Shown piece by piece: positions 63,257 to 64,000 of a stretch of DNA of 64,000 nucleotides. How positions within the stretch are numbered: position 1 is the first letter of the stretch; each line of letters starts with the position of its first letter. The notes under the pieces are model-generated. The model was not told where the DNA came from, did no database searches, and saw nothing but the letters and a program-made list of their open reading frames with translations. The translations under genes were made by a program, and so were the position numbers. The DNA lies in assembly GCF_009914755.1 (NCBI RefSeq), contig NC_060929.1; one strand, 5' to 3'. The stretch comes from the human T2T-CHM13v2.0 reference genome, Homo sapiens.

Positions 63257-63283
63257 ATGGCTGTGGATCTGCTGTCTGCTCAG
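63257..63283 (+). CDS. ZNF354C: ZNF354C first coding exon (MAVDLLSAQ); exon starts at ~63203 and the gene continues beyond the window
   Basis: Acceptor tttttcctctgcag at 63202; gggATGg Kozak; donor CAG|gtgaga, phase 0; same layout as the ZNF879 first coding exon. N-terminus recognised from memory. Confidence 0.8.
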
Positions 63284-64000
63284 GTGAGAGTGAGTGAAGG
63301 TTGTCTTTTTCATCAGTTGGCTTCTGGATTCAGAGATGGTAGACATGTTTCCAGACTTTGTCCAGGTACTTTTTGGTCCAACCAAAACGATGAAGAATCC
63401 GGAACCTCAAAAGTTTTTCCCAGTGTCTTGGGCTTAGCAAGGGGCTGCTGAGGAATGTGCCTCTTTTGTCCCGAGACTACTCTTAATTCACCCCGCTCAC
63501 TCTGTGATCCACATTTGAGGCAGTTCTGAGCATATGCTTCCCACTACACTGGTGCTGGGTGGGGAGAATGGGGCATGAAGCAGTCTCTGTCTTCATAGAG
63601 GATATAGTCACACTTGGGGCTAAGATGTGGAAGGGCCGGAAGACAGCCTCCACAAGCATTTATTGAGCCCTATGTACAGGATCCTGTGCAGCACACGGGA
63701 TGGAAAGAGGAAAGCTGTCATTTCCATCTTCTGGGAGTTCGTGGTATCGATCTTAGGAAACATGATTAAATGTTCAGGGGAAATATCCCAGAAGTGGGGG
63801 CATTCTGAGTTTATACTGGAGGCCAGGACTGATATTGGTGCTTAGAGAAGACTAAGGGCATCCCAGAAGGAGTTCAGCGTGGTTTGGGCTTTGAAGCCCA
63901 GAAGGAGGCAGGCCTGGGGCCTTCCCCTCCCAGTGCAGCGGGGATGTTAAGCTGTCCAAATGTCCATCTCACCTGTCTGATTGATTCCTCTATTTCCTTC

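Noticed and set aside
63284-63451. Extension of the MAVDLLSAQ ORF to 64 aa
   Set aside because: It reads through a strong splice donor into the intron.

Overview
Primate (human-like) genomic DNA, very repeat-rich, from a KRAB zinc-finger gene cluster. It holds one complete KRAB-C2H2 gene on the + strand: CpG-island promoter near 25 kb and four coding exons that splice to a 563-aa protein (KRAB-A, KRAB-B, 13 fingers), which I recognise as ZNF879. At the right end are the CpG-island promoter and first coding exon (MAVDLLSAQ) of a paralog, which I recognise as ZNF354C. Between them is a 5'-truncated, defective HERV-E/Harlequin-type provirus on the - strand (LTR2-type 3' LTR). The rest is Alu, L1, L2, MIR, MaLR, ERVL, MER4-group and MER9 elements plus microsatellites. 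I found no new multi-gene system. The most unusual signals are structural: an inversion inside the proviral env bounded by a perfect 21-bp inverted repeat; a ~200-bp inverted templated duplication inside pol; a 106-bp identical tract shared by two neighbouring Alus; a twin-primed L1 next to the ZNF354C promoter; relic zinc fingers in the ZNF879 3' UTR; and a 3-finger periodicity in the ZNF879 array. Repeat subfamily names come from recalled consensus sequences, not a database search, and repeat boundaries without a stated TSD are approximate.
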